Origin: Laetmonice hystrix
Lineage: Eukaryota
Assembly: GCA_965235115.1 (NCBI GenBank)
Contig: OZ249436.1
Coordinates: 9,116,001-9,180,000, forward strand
Length of the DNA stretch: 64,000 nucleotides
Direction: 5' to 3'
This document shows positions 10,901-43,700 of this stretch, piece by piece. A program made the translations under genes and the position numbers. The notes beneath the pieces are model-generated. The model made no database searches, was not told where the DNA came from, and saw only the letters and a program-made list of their open reading frames with translations. Each line of letters opens with the position of its first letter. Position 1 is the stretch's first letter.

Positions 10901-13463
10901 ATTAAAATGTGTTGTTACTTTAAGAATAGCTTAATATACTGGTTGTGTTTCAGGGTGATCTGAAGTCGTATCTGAGAAGTCATCGAGTGGCCATTGATTC
11001 TTTCAATGAGAAAGGGTTACTACTGAAGTTTGCCTCAGACATGGCTGCAGGTCTTCAGGTCCTTCACCAACATAACTATGTCCACCAGTAAGTGAGCCTT
11101 GCCTTTTTATACAGTCCGTCCTACACAGGCCAGGATCTCAATATACTGCTGTAAATCCCCACAAAATCTCCAGGTTTTAAAAGTACTAAACGTACTTGTA
11201 TGTAATAAAAAGTTTATTCTAATTGTGTATTTGAATTGTTTTCAGTGATTTCGCAGCCCGCAACTGTTTGCTTGCATCTGATCTGACTGTCAAAGTTGGA
11301 GATTATGGTCTCAGTGAAGAGACATTCAAGGTCAGCTATTACTTGGTATACTGTACACTCTTTAACAGATGAATGATTAAACACCTGGTAATGATATAAT
11401 AAATCTCCTCATCACTGTGTCACAGTTGTCGTCAAGCCGTTACATTGATACTAAGAATGGAGCTAATAATTTTGATATTGATGCATCCCGTACCTATTTA
11501 AAATGAAAAGTGATGAAAGAGCCATGTTGGTAGAAACGTCCTGGTTAGAGAGTGGTGGTTGACCTGTCTGCTCCTTGCAGGAGGACTATTATTTTGATGG
11601 CAATGGAGACCCAGTACCCATCAGATGGCTTGCCCCTGAGAGTCTCCACATCTGTCAGGATGGTAGCCTAGCTGTTCGTAAAATCACCAAAGAGGCCAAT
11701 GTTTGGTGGGTATAATTACATCTATGGTTTTGTTTCACCAGCCCGTCTTTATGCTGTGAAATGAAATAACTTTAAACAAGTGTGAGTGAAATGATATATT
11801 TACTTGGCAGTGCACGTGTATAGGAAACGGTACTGTCATTTGTAACACCTTATTTTGATGTGAGCAGGTCGTACGGTGTCGCCCTCTGGGAGGTGATTCA
11901 GTTTGGCACGCTGCCCTACACCGACCTCAGCAATGAACACGTACTCCGCCTGGTGGTCAAACAGCACATCATACACCTTGGCAAACCGGACATGCCGATT
12001 GACCACATGGACCGGCTGTATGTAATATCTTACTATTCTTTGTCATTTGTCAGACGACTGTCGCTTTCAAGTTGTGGATTTTTAGGTGGTTATTTAAATT
12101 CGAAAAAAAATCGAAAAAAATTCCATTTCAATAAATTTGAGCTGTGTATAGAAAGAGTAATACATGCAATCTCACCTTTTTGTTTGTCTTTAACTCATCG
12201 TTATTCAACAGGTTGGTTAACTGTAATAATCTTAAAACTGTAGATTACGAGTATCCTACACTGTGGTGATTGACTGGTTGTTGTATCCTGGATCATTGTT
12301 TTAGATACCAACTGATGCAGCTCTGTTGGTCCGAGCCCTCCCGACGACCTACTCTTAGAGAGCTGCGAATCATGCTCTTACACCTGTTGTCCCGTAAGGG
12401 AACTTACAACGATGCCGCCTTTGAACAGAAGTGGAGCCAGTTGTTGCCACGGCGACCACCCCAGATTACCAAGACGACCGAGCCGAGTGTCACGACGCCC
12501 ATAGCAACCGTATCGAGCACCGCCGGACTGCAAGCGCCATATAGCAACCAACCCCAGCCTTCTGGGTTTGAATCCAACTTTGTGGAGTTGGATGCTTCAC
12601 TGCTAGCCCAGCAGTCCAAGTCAGGGATGTCGCTAGAGGAAGAGCTGGCGCAGGTTCACAACTCGCAGCCTGATCCGTTATCTCAGTCACCAACCAATGA
12701 GCTTTCTCTGGAGGCAGAACTCAGTGCTGTGTTCGGTTCCCCCATTAAAAACAACGATAACACGGGCCTGTCCTTGGAGCAGGAGCTTATTGCAGCTGAG
12801 AAATCTAATCAAACAGAAGGAATGACTCTGGAAGAGGAACTCACCAAAGCTGAGGCCAGTGACAACGACCCCACAAAGGACGAGGATAGGGGAGGTACAA
12901 CAATCCTCATCACTAACGACCAGGGTGTGTCCGAGCCCAGCATGCCAGATATTGTCACAACGAGTACAATCAAAGGAGGCGATACCTCGCCAGACTTCGT
13001 GACGAGTACACCACGCAGAGACACCGAGGAGCAGGACACCACGGGTCAAACAGCAACATTTGTCAGTGCACAAGACGCCAACTCGGGCTACGGTCCGTTC
13101 CAGTCGAGTTCCCTGTACCAGACAGCGCTCACGTCACAGAACACCTCATCACAAGGTGAGGAGGAGGACGGCTCTCTCCTCGGGCAAAAGAAATTCGCTG
13201 CCCTCCTCCAAACTGTGGCTGCTCCGTCATTTGACGGAGATGAATTTGACGTTCTGTCGTCATCTTTTGGCTCTAGTTTGGATCGGTCTATCGATGAAGT
13301 GTTCAATGAGTTGAGCCCAGCTGTAGCTGGCAATGGTAACTACCACAAGGTTCCCACTGAAGATGGAAAGTTGGCTGATGTTACAGTGTCAAAGGAAAGT
13401 CATCAAGAGTCTGGGCTGGTGACAGTTAACGGGGAGAATGGTCAGAAGGAGAACAGAGTGTGA
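1923..13463 (+). CDS. AATK: Lemur tyrosine kinase / apoptosis-associated tyrosine kinase (LMTK/AATK)-like protein, multi-exon, 5'-incomplete
   Basis: Phase-consistent GT-AG exons: 1923-2223, 2582-2632 (less certain), 6169-6242 ([14 protein letters not shown]), 10251-10378 ([20 protein letters not shown]), 10756-10843 ([26 protein letters not shown]), 10954-11087 ([12 protein letters not shown]), 11246-11330 ([22 protein letters not shown]), 11581-11705 ([18 protein letters not shown]), 11868-12017 (SYGVALWE), 12305-13463 (stop TGA). DYG in place of DFG, the 'PYR..HPN.L..LGQC.E..PYL' segment and the DFDN motif (like FKEFEN after the transmembrane helix) are LMTK-family hallmarks. Signal/transmembrane exon(s) not found. 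Orthology to a specific vertebrate paralogue is not implied. Confidence 0.9.
4068..4498. mobile_element. Foldback-type MITE with internal ~21-bp tandem subrepeats
   Basis: Terminal inverted repeats TACAACAGCATATTAGTGCCACAAAATATTTTTT / AAAAAATATTTTGTGGCACTAAAATGCTGCTGTA. The interior consists of inverted arrays of TTAAAGTCGTAATTACGAGAT-like units. Confidence 0.75.
5692..5833. mobile_element. Short MITE (PIF/Harbinger-like termini)
   Basis: Imperfect TIRs CTGGGGGTCGTTTCAC / GTGAAACAGGCCCCAG; internal TACGAGCTCGTA palindromes. Confidence 0.65.
6706..6994. mobile_element. Tc1/mariner-type MITE
   Basis: 24-bp TIR CAGTCTGTTCGCTTTAAGAAGAGC / GCTCTTCTTAGAGCGAACAGACTG (1 mismatch), flanked by TA on both sides; GC-rich interior. 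Confidence 0.85.
8206..8551. mobile_element. TTAA-flanked MITE with ~90-bp inverted arms (Kolobok-like)
   Basis: AATTCCTCAGATACTTACCTTTGAACC..GGGACACCATGTTAAAA..CGAGCGATAAG (8222-8310) is mirrored at 8455-8543; ends TTAAAG..CTTTAA. Confidence 0.8.
8930..10250. repeat. 75-bp minisatellite, about 17 copies, in the LMTK intron directly upstream of exon 10251
   Basis: Unit GTGAGGAGGGGAGGCGAGAGTGTGCTGTATTGGGACATGTTGTGTGTTGTTACAGTAAATGGACAGTTGGTCAGT; period 75. Confidence 0.97.
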
Positions 13464-16400
13464 GCTGGACTCCATGTGTTCGATCTGTACTGAGTTAACC
13501 GCCACCACCACCACCACCACCTTGTGTGAATAAACTTGGTGAACCTCAATCAGACCAGCAGTGTCACATGTCAAGTGTGATACACTGGTGATATATGTGA
13601 TATAGCAGGAAGAGGAATGTGTACAGTGATAGGTCAGTCAGTCTCCATGGTAACCATGAAGATGGTCCTGAGGGTGTCAGCTACTGGGATTATGTGTCGT
13701 GATGACATTGGTTCAGGTCTGGCACTAAATCACCAAGGAAGGATTTGTAATAAATGGAAAGCCTGTTAAAGAAAGAAAGCCTGCTTTACGGTAGCCGTAG
13801 TTTCCGAGGCTGAAGCAAAGTTAGCATGATAATGAACGAGTCGGTGTGGAAAAAATATGAAATCTTTTCTGTTTTAGGAAACGAATAGGTTCATGACACC
13901 ATAATAATCATATTTGGCTCGTACACCTCGGTACCATGGGAAAAGTGCAAAGCAAACCTAGATTAGTGTCTTTAACGTATATATGTGATAAGGTATTATC
14001 AAAAGTTTGAAAACGGTAGAATTCATGCTGGATTTTATACTCTTGGCTTGAAATGCTTAATGACACTTCCCCTCGTAAGAGCGAGTCCAGTGGAACGTAG
14101 TAGAAGTGCCATGGTAAAAAGTCGGAGCTACATTTGTGGATTGTCTTTAAGGAAAACCTGTGTATAATGATAGTAAACAGCAAAATCACCGAGTTGCACA
14201 TTCAGAGTGTTGCCTTATGGCACGATAACATCATTCTGATGTCATGTACATAAACAATTCTGCCTATCCTGATTGCATGCGTAAGAACCTGATGTACTTC
14301 GTAGATATCGCCAGTCACCTGATCATATAGCCACATGTAAGGCACGTACAGTACATGACACTGTATACTGATCACTGACAAACATGTTGGTTCTCCTGCA
14401 CTGTTTACTTGCTGATAGAGTAAAGATCTTGTTCAGCAGACCTTAGACCTTGGCTACGTCCAACATCAGCCACCTAGTGTCATATGTGCTAACTAAGATT
14501 GTCCTATCTTGTTTTGGGACCTGACAACTTTAAACATCAAGCAGAGATAGAATATCCTCTCTCCCGACACCTTACGTCTCCCATAGCTGAAGGACGAGGC
14601 CCTTGTTTCAAGTGTTAGCCAATGGTCGGTAAGTGTTGATAGTGTGACGTCTTGTAACAATCCTCAGATCCGTACCTAAGTGTCAGGGCTGAGGGCTAAC
14701 CCGATAAAAACACTGGCCCAGTATGACACCTCAGAGGTCAAATTAAAAATAAGCCAGAAAGTTCCTTGAAAAACGGGAGGGGGTGGGGGAAGAGAATCCA
14801 GCGCTACTTGAAATCCCTGGGGTGTTTGTTGTTGTTTCGTTTGTTTTTGTTTTGTTTCTTGTTTGGTGGTAGGTGGTGAATACGAGATGTCGAAAGATCA
14901 AAATCATGTGTATATATATAATAATATGAAATCTTTTTAAACCAAGACGTTTTGTCATTTGATCATTTCTCATCTTGTTGAACTACCGAAAAATGGGTCT
15001 TTGGATTTTGAAGAATTATCCTTGAATTTGCAGAGTCTTTAAAGTACTTGATCTGCCAAACAGATAAACGCGGCCACCCTGCTTCAAACTTTAGAGAGTA
15101 AGTTGGTAGAGGGGCCGATGTTTAAGGGCCTCAGCTGAGGGTTTGCCAGACCCTATGTCCAGGTAAGTGAGAAGTTGTCCGGCCGTGTAGCTGGGTTCAT
15201 GTACAAATGGTGCTAAAGGACAAGATCACAGATCAGTACCAATAGAAAACTACCAGTTCTACAAGAGTTTCCAGTTAGAAACGCCCTCTTCAAAACATGC
15301 GCTTGTTCTGTGGTCTGTTAGCTCAGCAAACAGTGATAGGAATATTTTCAACTTGTTGGGAATAACAGTGCTTTAGGAGCGAGTATCAAAGTGCTTAGAC
15401 TACTGGCAATGAATTGCCTTGTTCGTTCCGAAATGTTGGAGTGTCATTTCTGAAGATGACGCAATCCGTTAAGATATGGGTTCCATCAATATTGAGTCTC
15501 CAACAGCTCAGAGGTTGGGGAATTAGAATCCTATTGATGATGATGGGTTGACAGATTTTTCTGGCCCCATATTTTCATTTGTAAATGTAATTCTATCACT
15601 TCACATGTGAACTGAGTCGAGCTGCTGGTAGTGTCATACACTAATATCTCGTGTGGTGTGAAAACTGTACAAACGTAGGAAATCTTTATGGTGTGTCCGT
15701 CCAAGCCAGCCAGACCTGTTACAGTGCTATACTCTCTGTCACTGCTGCACTCTATCATCAAATAAAAGGCAACGTTTGCTAGTTGCCTTGTGTTCTCATG
15801 ATCTGTAGTGACTTGACATATATCATATTGTATAATCATGCATGTGTAAGTTAATGTATTTAGTGCTGGGACACATTTGTTTAAAATTGATCATGATATA
15901 GGCCTACCATTCAGAAGCAGGAGAAAAGTTGTTAGGTCCTGAACATCCCACATGAAAAGCAGTCGGAACTCTATCGATGGTATAGATTGTGAGAGTGTAT
16001 CAAGATGGAACTCAAAAGACGTAAACGGCAAGGAATCTATTGGGAAAGCTGACCAACTAAACACTTGCATAATGTAAACATGTTACGGAAGAGGATAAGG
16101 CAGGGAAGATGGTAGTAGCAGTAGGACAGTATTGGCCACTGTCGGCCAGACTATATGTCCAGTATTATCTGTGATGGTGAGTCGGGGTTGTACGGACCGG
16201 GTCAGGCTGACGGTGACCGGCTGGCCCACCCGACCCCGCCTGCCTGATGTCGTAGTCCAGCCGCGCTATGTGAAATGTTGCCAGGAACTCGCCCCTGGTT
16301 CATAATCGGACCAGATAATTTATCCCTATAGCGTACGAATCCTGTATCTTTCATTGTGGCATATATTTGATATACCTATCCATTTGAATTAGAGAATGCC

Positions 16401-17147
16401 AATTGAAGGCCTACATATTTGTGCATGGAGTAAGGCCGAGGATTGGTATACTCGTGCAGTATTACGGTGGTATTCTTGGTATTCTTAACGTTATCATGAC
16501 GTAATTTGGGTGCCTCACAAAGTAACGTTGATTCAGCATCCCTGTTTGGTCTCTCTGGCTGAAAGTGTTGGCTGTGCTGCATCTAAAACTCACGTGTTAA
16601 ACAAGCCTGTTTTTCCGAACTGTTGATAACGTTTTGTGTTGTTGGGTGTCTGTGCCTGTACAACATTGGGACTGAAAGCTATTAAGGGTCCAGTAATTGA
16701 CATAAACATGTCGGATCAATATCTAACCCGAAGTGAAGTTCATATATCTAATACCAGTACGGCAGTTTTGGATGCAAAACACCACTACTTTAGAAGCGTA
16801 CACTTGAGTTAGTTCAATTCAGGGAAGTTTTTAAAGTAGTTACATGTCATTATTTATACCATAGGAATGCGCAGATAAGCTCAAAATTATTGTGTAAGCA
16901 AAGATTTGCTTGCGGTTGGCAGTAGGATATGTAACAAATGACAGCGGACTTTATAACCAATAAATCTGGACTGTTGTTGGGTGTAGGTAGCATTAGTCAT
17001 GATATACCGGTACGTGTCCTGTGAGTATGAGGCCTGCCGGTTCTTCTTGTACCGTTAGTGTACTCCTGGAATTGAAGACATGTTGACAAGCATCGGATCC
17101 CCAAAATATCCTTTAAAAAGAGCGATAACCAAATCTAGAGACTTCTG

Positions 17148-18043
17148 ACCGTACGCCAGTAGCCAGGACGAAATGTAGAGATCCTTACAATGAGGTCCTA
17201 CACGTACGCCAGTAGGCAGGACGAAATGTAACGATCCTTACAATGAGGTCCTACCCGTACGCCAGTAGCCAGGACGAAATGTAGAGATCCTTACAATGAG
17301 GTCCTACCCGTACGCCAGTAGACAGGACGAAATGTAGAGATCCTTACAATGAGGTCCCACCCGTACGCCAGTAGACAGGACGAAATGTAGAGATCCTTAC
17401 AATGAGGTCCTACCCGTACGCCATTAGGCGGGACGAAATGTAACGATCCTTACAATGAGGTCCCACCCGTACGCCATTAGGCGGGACGAAATGTAACGAT
17501 CCTTACAATGAGGTCCTACCCGTACGCCAGTAGACAGGACGAAATGTAGAGATCCTTACAATGAGGTCCTACCCGTACGCCATTAGGCGGGACGAAATGT
17601 AACGATCCTTACAATGAGGTCCTACCCGTACGCCAGTAGACAGGACGAAATGTAGAGATCCTTACAATGAGGTCCTACCCGTACGCCAGTAGGCAGGACG
17701 AAATGTAGAGATCCTTACAATGAGGTCCCACCCGTACGCCAGTAGGCAGGACGAAATGTGACGATCCTTACAATGAGGTCCTACCCGTACGCCAGTAGGC
17801 AGGACGAAATGTGGAGATCCTTACAATGAGGTCCCACCCGTACGCCAGTAGGCAGGACGAAATGTGGAGATCCTTACAATGAGGTCCTACCCGTACGCCA
17901 GTAGGCAGGACGAAATGTAGAGATCCTTACAATGAGGTCCTACCTGTATGCCAGTAGGCAGGACGAAATGTAACGATCCTTACAATAAGGTCCTACCCGT
18001 ACGCCAGTAGGCAGGACGAAATGTAGAGATCCTTACAATGAGG
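17148..18043. repeat. 53-bp minisatellite, about 17 copies, in the putative LMTK 3'UTR
   Basis: Unit CCCGTACGCCAGTAGGCAGGACGAAATGTAGAGATCCTTACAATGAGGTCCTA; period 53 (ACGAAATG at 17168, 17221 and onward). Confidence 0.97.
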
Positions 18044-19178
18044 CACAATAGAGAGACATATTTGTAGATACCAGTGAACTTTTTAAAGTAGGCCTATTGG
18101 ATTAAAAAATGTCACTTCTTAGCATCACCTGATCTGTTGGAAACGTTCCTCTGTATGTAAAGCCTCAAATAAATAAGTCTCCATTATATATATTTATACA
18201 CATGCAAGTGAAGGGCTATATAAAATATAGAACCTTCATTACTAGCTTTTACGCTTAACGCACAGCTGCATTCTTTTTGTTCCTAGTAATTTATCCAGTT
18301 GGTGATATTATTATCATATATTATGGGAAACTTGTTACTCATCCCTTAAACGTATCAATCATACCTAGGCGAGAGCACTGATTGCATGGCTTTTTTTGGT
18401 TGGTTTCTACGTCGGGATTATTGATATATTACATTAAAAGTACATGTATAACGCAACAAACTGACATGCCCCGGGCCCTTCTAATCTGAATTTTAGAATT
18501 TTTCTAGGTGGCGTCAACAAATATACTTTGGTTCATTTCAAAAAACGTAAATGACTGTTTTAGCTTTCAGCAAAACTCTTCTTAAAAAGGCAGCTAATTT
18601 AAGTGATTTCTCGGAATTGTTGCAAAACTCATCGGATTATGACAAGAACATAACGTGACGAAATGTTAAGATTTTTTGACAGAAGTAAAAGATTAACCAA
18701 TGGAAAACGGGCAATTAGTGAGATTGTTTTGGCTGTATACCAGTACCGGTAATAATTTTGTTGAGTGTTACACCGAAACGACACAATCTTAACGGTTCAG
18801 AAATGTATTTTCTTGGTGAACGACGTCACATTTTCATATCCTACATCAGGAAGTTGTGGGAACCTGTCGAGTACAGCAAACGATGATGAAATGGTTGTGG
18901 TTTATTTTGGTGAATTTATTTGATATCTCGGGAAGAATGACATCTACAAGCAATGTACACAAATACAGTAGTAGTTCCAAGTTGATTACCGTGTCACGAG
19001 TTCTGGTAACGACAGTCACACGCCGTTTGAGATATTAAAACCTGAATAGAATGTACATATAAATACCTATATACTTGACTACTACATAAAGCGAGGGGAG
19101 ATTAGTCTGTACATAATTTACGAGTGGTTGACTTATGAATACTTAAATTTGTACATGTTAAATGTATTTTGTAGTGTG

Positions 19179-19184
19179 AATAAA
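19179..19184 (+). promoter_or_regulatory. Candidate polyadenylation signal of the LMTK gene (about 5.7-kb 3'UTR)
   Basis: AATAAA after a TGTA/AT-rich tract, with a T-rich tract downstream. No coding exons recognised between 13464 and here. Confidence 0.5.
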
Positions 19185-19603
19185 GTCACCTGGCATAACG
19201 CCCAAAAATAGTTCTCGTATTTATTTGGCATCCTTTATATTATATACGGGTTTACCATATTTGTTTCATGAAATGTTTTACGTATCACTAGATCTATCTT
19301 ACTGTATTTATTTATTTCATGAAACGTAAAAATGGATCCCTAGAGGTGTACTGAATGTCCGAAACGCAAGATTTGGCAATACATGTACTCCCCAAAGGTA
19401 ATTGCAAGAATAGATACCTGTCCCATCACTTTTTTGAACGAGATAACTGCCTCTTGTGATGTATTGGAATAGTTTATTCACGGCTGTCTGTAGATCAGCC
19501 CGGCCTGTAGAGTCACCAGTCATCGGACCACTGTAACTTGTACTCTTTCTCTACCTCCTAACGTCTAGTCGAACACATCACAGAGTGATCATATACAGCA
19601 GGG

Positions 19604-19696
19604 GGGTGCGTTTCACAACCTGTCGTTAGCTTGTATCGTTAACACCAATGGGGATTTTAACGCACGACAGGATACCGATGGTTGTGAAACGCACCC
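19604..19696. mobile_element. Tiny MITE (PIF/Harbinger-like termini)
   Basis: Perfect 17-bp TIR GGGTGCGTTTCACAACC / GGTTGTGAAACGCACCC. Confidence 0.75.
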
Positions 19697-20237
19697 ATAT
19701 ACCCCGGTAGTTATTCTACAGCACCATTTCTATGGAAAAAAACTACAACCGTACTGTACTCCATACGGGTAATCGTCAAGGACAATGATCATATACCATA
19801 CCACCGACATTCCTGACCATTTCCGATTACCCGGTACTTTGTTCATGTGGCTAAAATTTGGCCAAAGTTTTCACCGTTATTATTTTCATGACAAACGCTA
19901 CTTGAAGGGAAGACAATATATATTCTTAAGTACACTATTACCGGAGGGACGTTTTCATGTACAAAATGGATATCAAACTCGTGGAGAAATCATAGTATCC
20001 TCTGAAGCCTGGAGAATATTTGAAATTTTATTGATTTGCTGCAAAGCACCAATTAAGTCAGCTTGAAAGAATCTGCCAACTTGTATTACCGCGGTATTGC
20101 ACCCTTTCCCCCTTTGTTCAACTGGTAAACTGCATTGATCATAATAATGAAGACCACTGGATATTTGATATTTCAGTGTACTGATCCATTTTAAGTCCTC
20201 AGATCTTGTGTTTCCTTTTGAGGCCGCCTATCTCCAG

Positions 20238-40779
<20,542 letters not shown>

Positions 40780-43700
40780 GTATAGACTTCTTGTAATTGC
40801 AACCTCTTTAATAACACGCAATCACAGTACTTCCTTTCATTATGATTTTTCCAATCACACCGCCACCGTGAGCAGTCACCTTGGGATGAAGGTCAACCAG
40901 TATAGAATCAGGCGTCCCCAACTTGTTTCACTGCCCACCAACCTCTGTACAGAATTTTACACGCTATCCTAGATCAGGTTAGGGTCGGTGTGGACAAGTA
41001 GGGTGAATTGTCTTCAGTACTGGTACCTTCAGTTTGAGACATGCACTTGTCATGCACTTTTACATAACGAGATTGGCTCTTTTGCTACTCGTGTCTTTCA
41101 TGGGAACGTATGTATCGCCATCCACTGTGACCGTGCTGCCCCCTACTGGCCACACAGCAGCACCAGCCTGCACCCTCCAGCCCTGTTGGCTTACTAAAAC
41201 AAGCAGCAGACTTCTCTCTCTGGTCACCTTTTATCAAGGCCAGCTGAACGTTTATTACTTGCTTCCTCACGGTTAATGGTCCCAGGCTTATGACAAAAGT
41301 TGAAAAGACAATAGCTTAGAGTAAATCCTAGAGTACCAAGTCATGTGATATTTTGAACCATAAAACGTAGCTTCAGATGTAGGCTTGTAAAAGAAAAGAA
41401 AAGAAAAAAAACTTGCAGAGGTTATCATGTCACAGATTATGTGACGCAGGCAAATATTATGCTGAACCTGGTTGATTGTCCCTTGCTCACCAACATGGAA
41501 AAATGTAGTATTAAAATTATTTGTTGTAGACTTTAATGTGGGGCTCATGGCATACATGTGCAGGCAGCAAGTTGGCTGAGCTAAGCTTGGGGAAACTTTA
41601 AGAAGCTTACCCAAGTGTCTTGTTGAAATTCGTTATTAGAGGCCATGTGTAACACAGTGATGCAAATTAACAAGTATTACATGACAAGGGAGGGGGGAAG
41701 CTTGTAAGTTGTAAGAGTGCAGTGCAACACATTGTATTATTTGGGGTGAATGAATAATGTTGTTGTTGCTGTGTGGACAGAAGTTGGTCTTCACTAGGGT
41801 GAGAGAATTTTGTCACTACTAGAACAGCAGGTATCAGAGCCTGGAGTGACCTGTCTCAGCATCCCCCCGCGACAACTTTCCGCTACATACCATCTTGGAC
41901 TAATGGAGCTTGATAACATTGTCCCGACAGTGTAAAAGATGTCTTATTGTCGGGTAAGAATTTCAAGTCTATGTTTGTTTGCGACAAAACTCAACACTAG
42001 GTCAGTCATGTTGTCTGCCTCTTCATATAGTGGCGTAGGATTCAGTGAATGTCAACAGCAATGGGGAAAAAATAGTAAATCATCTCAAAGAATTGTTTGT
42101 TTCTCTCCTTGGCCGGTGGCCAGGGCCCACAAGCTGACGATAGTTTTGCCCATAAGATCAATCTATTAGATCCACTGAATACAAATGCATTGAATTATCT
42201 TTGAAATTTTACAAGGACCTCTGAAACTTTTGTGGATAGTTTTAGTATGATTGTAAAGTCTAAAACAGTTCAACAAATATTATTATTATCAGTTTGGCAG
42301 AATCTTATTATATGAGAAAAAAGTTCCCTGTCAAGATCACTTGTTGAAAGGTAAGGACTGTATTGCAGTCGGCAGATGTTACGATCAAAGGATGTGTAGG
42401 TATCATTTGAGAAGGGTTGAATGAGCGTATTTTTGCTTTCCATTCAAAGCAAAACAGGTTCGAGCCCAACATCTAAGCCTACAAATTATTTAGGTAAACT
42501 TGCTTATATGCAAGGATTTTCATTGGCGTGCTGTTTGGAGTACATGCCTTGAAATGTTTGAGACTTGACCATTATCACCATGTGATATAAAGGACTAATG
42601 ATTCATTGCAGTGCTAGGCCTCGTTAGAACAGTTGTGCCAGCTGGCACTGTGGGAAGAATTGTCCAGTACTAGAGTAAGTTCGAGCTGATCACATGACAG
42701 GTATTAGGAATGAATTAACATTTGTAGACATAGAAAGCCATTGATTACAAAGTGCTTCATCAGAAATTGGAAGCAAAGGGTGGCGGTTTTCCTAGACACA
42801 GCATGGCTGTGATGCCTGCGTGAACTAGGAACTTCTATAGCCAGTTGATCATGTTTAGAATGTAAGGTGTGTGTGAACAATCTGTGATGTCATCCAGTCA
42901 TACAAACATGTTTAAGTACCAGTCGATGGCAATCACTGACAGGGTCCTCCGCCTGTCTGTCCTCCTGGTGGACGGGGTGGACGGGGTGGACGGGGGGTCG
43001 TGGAAGCAGTGTGTGGACGGGGCAGGCCCGGCAGTGGGGGGAGGAGGGGGAGGCAGGAGACAGGTCTATCCACCTGGCAGGCGTCAACTCATCATCATTC
43101 ATCATTATCAACTTGTATCTAATTAACACACCTATAAGCTTACAGTTATTCAGTCAGCCACATGTCTAAGCGTGCAGAAACGAACCCAGTTTGTTTGATG
43201 TAGCCTGCCAGTAACGGATCAGTGTATTGATAGTGCATCAAATCTAAATGAAGAAGTTTATGAAGCTTCTCTGTCTTTTTAAATGTGGCCTTTGGCCACG
43301 CGCCATTGTCTGTAGGAAGAGAGGTGAATGTGGGAGTATGGCCAGGGCACCGAGGACCTGTCCGCCTGGTTCCGGGGCATGCAACTGCTTCGGCCTCTTG
43401 GACCTGGCAGTCATTTACTCTACTAGTAATACATGTCGAAAATGTTGCGGAGAAGGTTAACGAGTCAGTGCAAGGATGGATTTCTATTCACTGTCATGAT
43501 GCTTGGAAGCAGCATGTATGCAGAAGTAACACTGTACAGGTTGGATGTATTTGGCATTCTGTTAATATTTGGTACATACTAGTGCCACAGTGTATGTGAT
43601 GTAGCATCACACTATATGTTTTAACGAGATCATCTGTCACATGGAGTCCTGTTTTCAAATCGGGAGGATGGGATATGACTGAGATCCCAAAGTTGTACCT

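Noticed and set aside
11510..11540. TGATGAAAGAGCC..GGTAGAAACGT resembling a Penelope-type minimal hammerhead
   Set aside because: Core C is missing, stem II is poor, and there are no flanking stems or element.
17148..18043. CRISPR-like appearance of this and the other regular arrays
   Set aside because: Head-to-tail tandem units without unique spacers, in a eukaryotic context with no cas genes.
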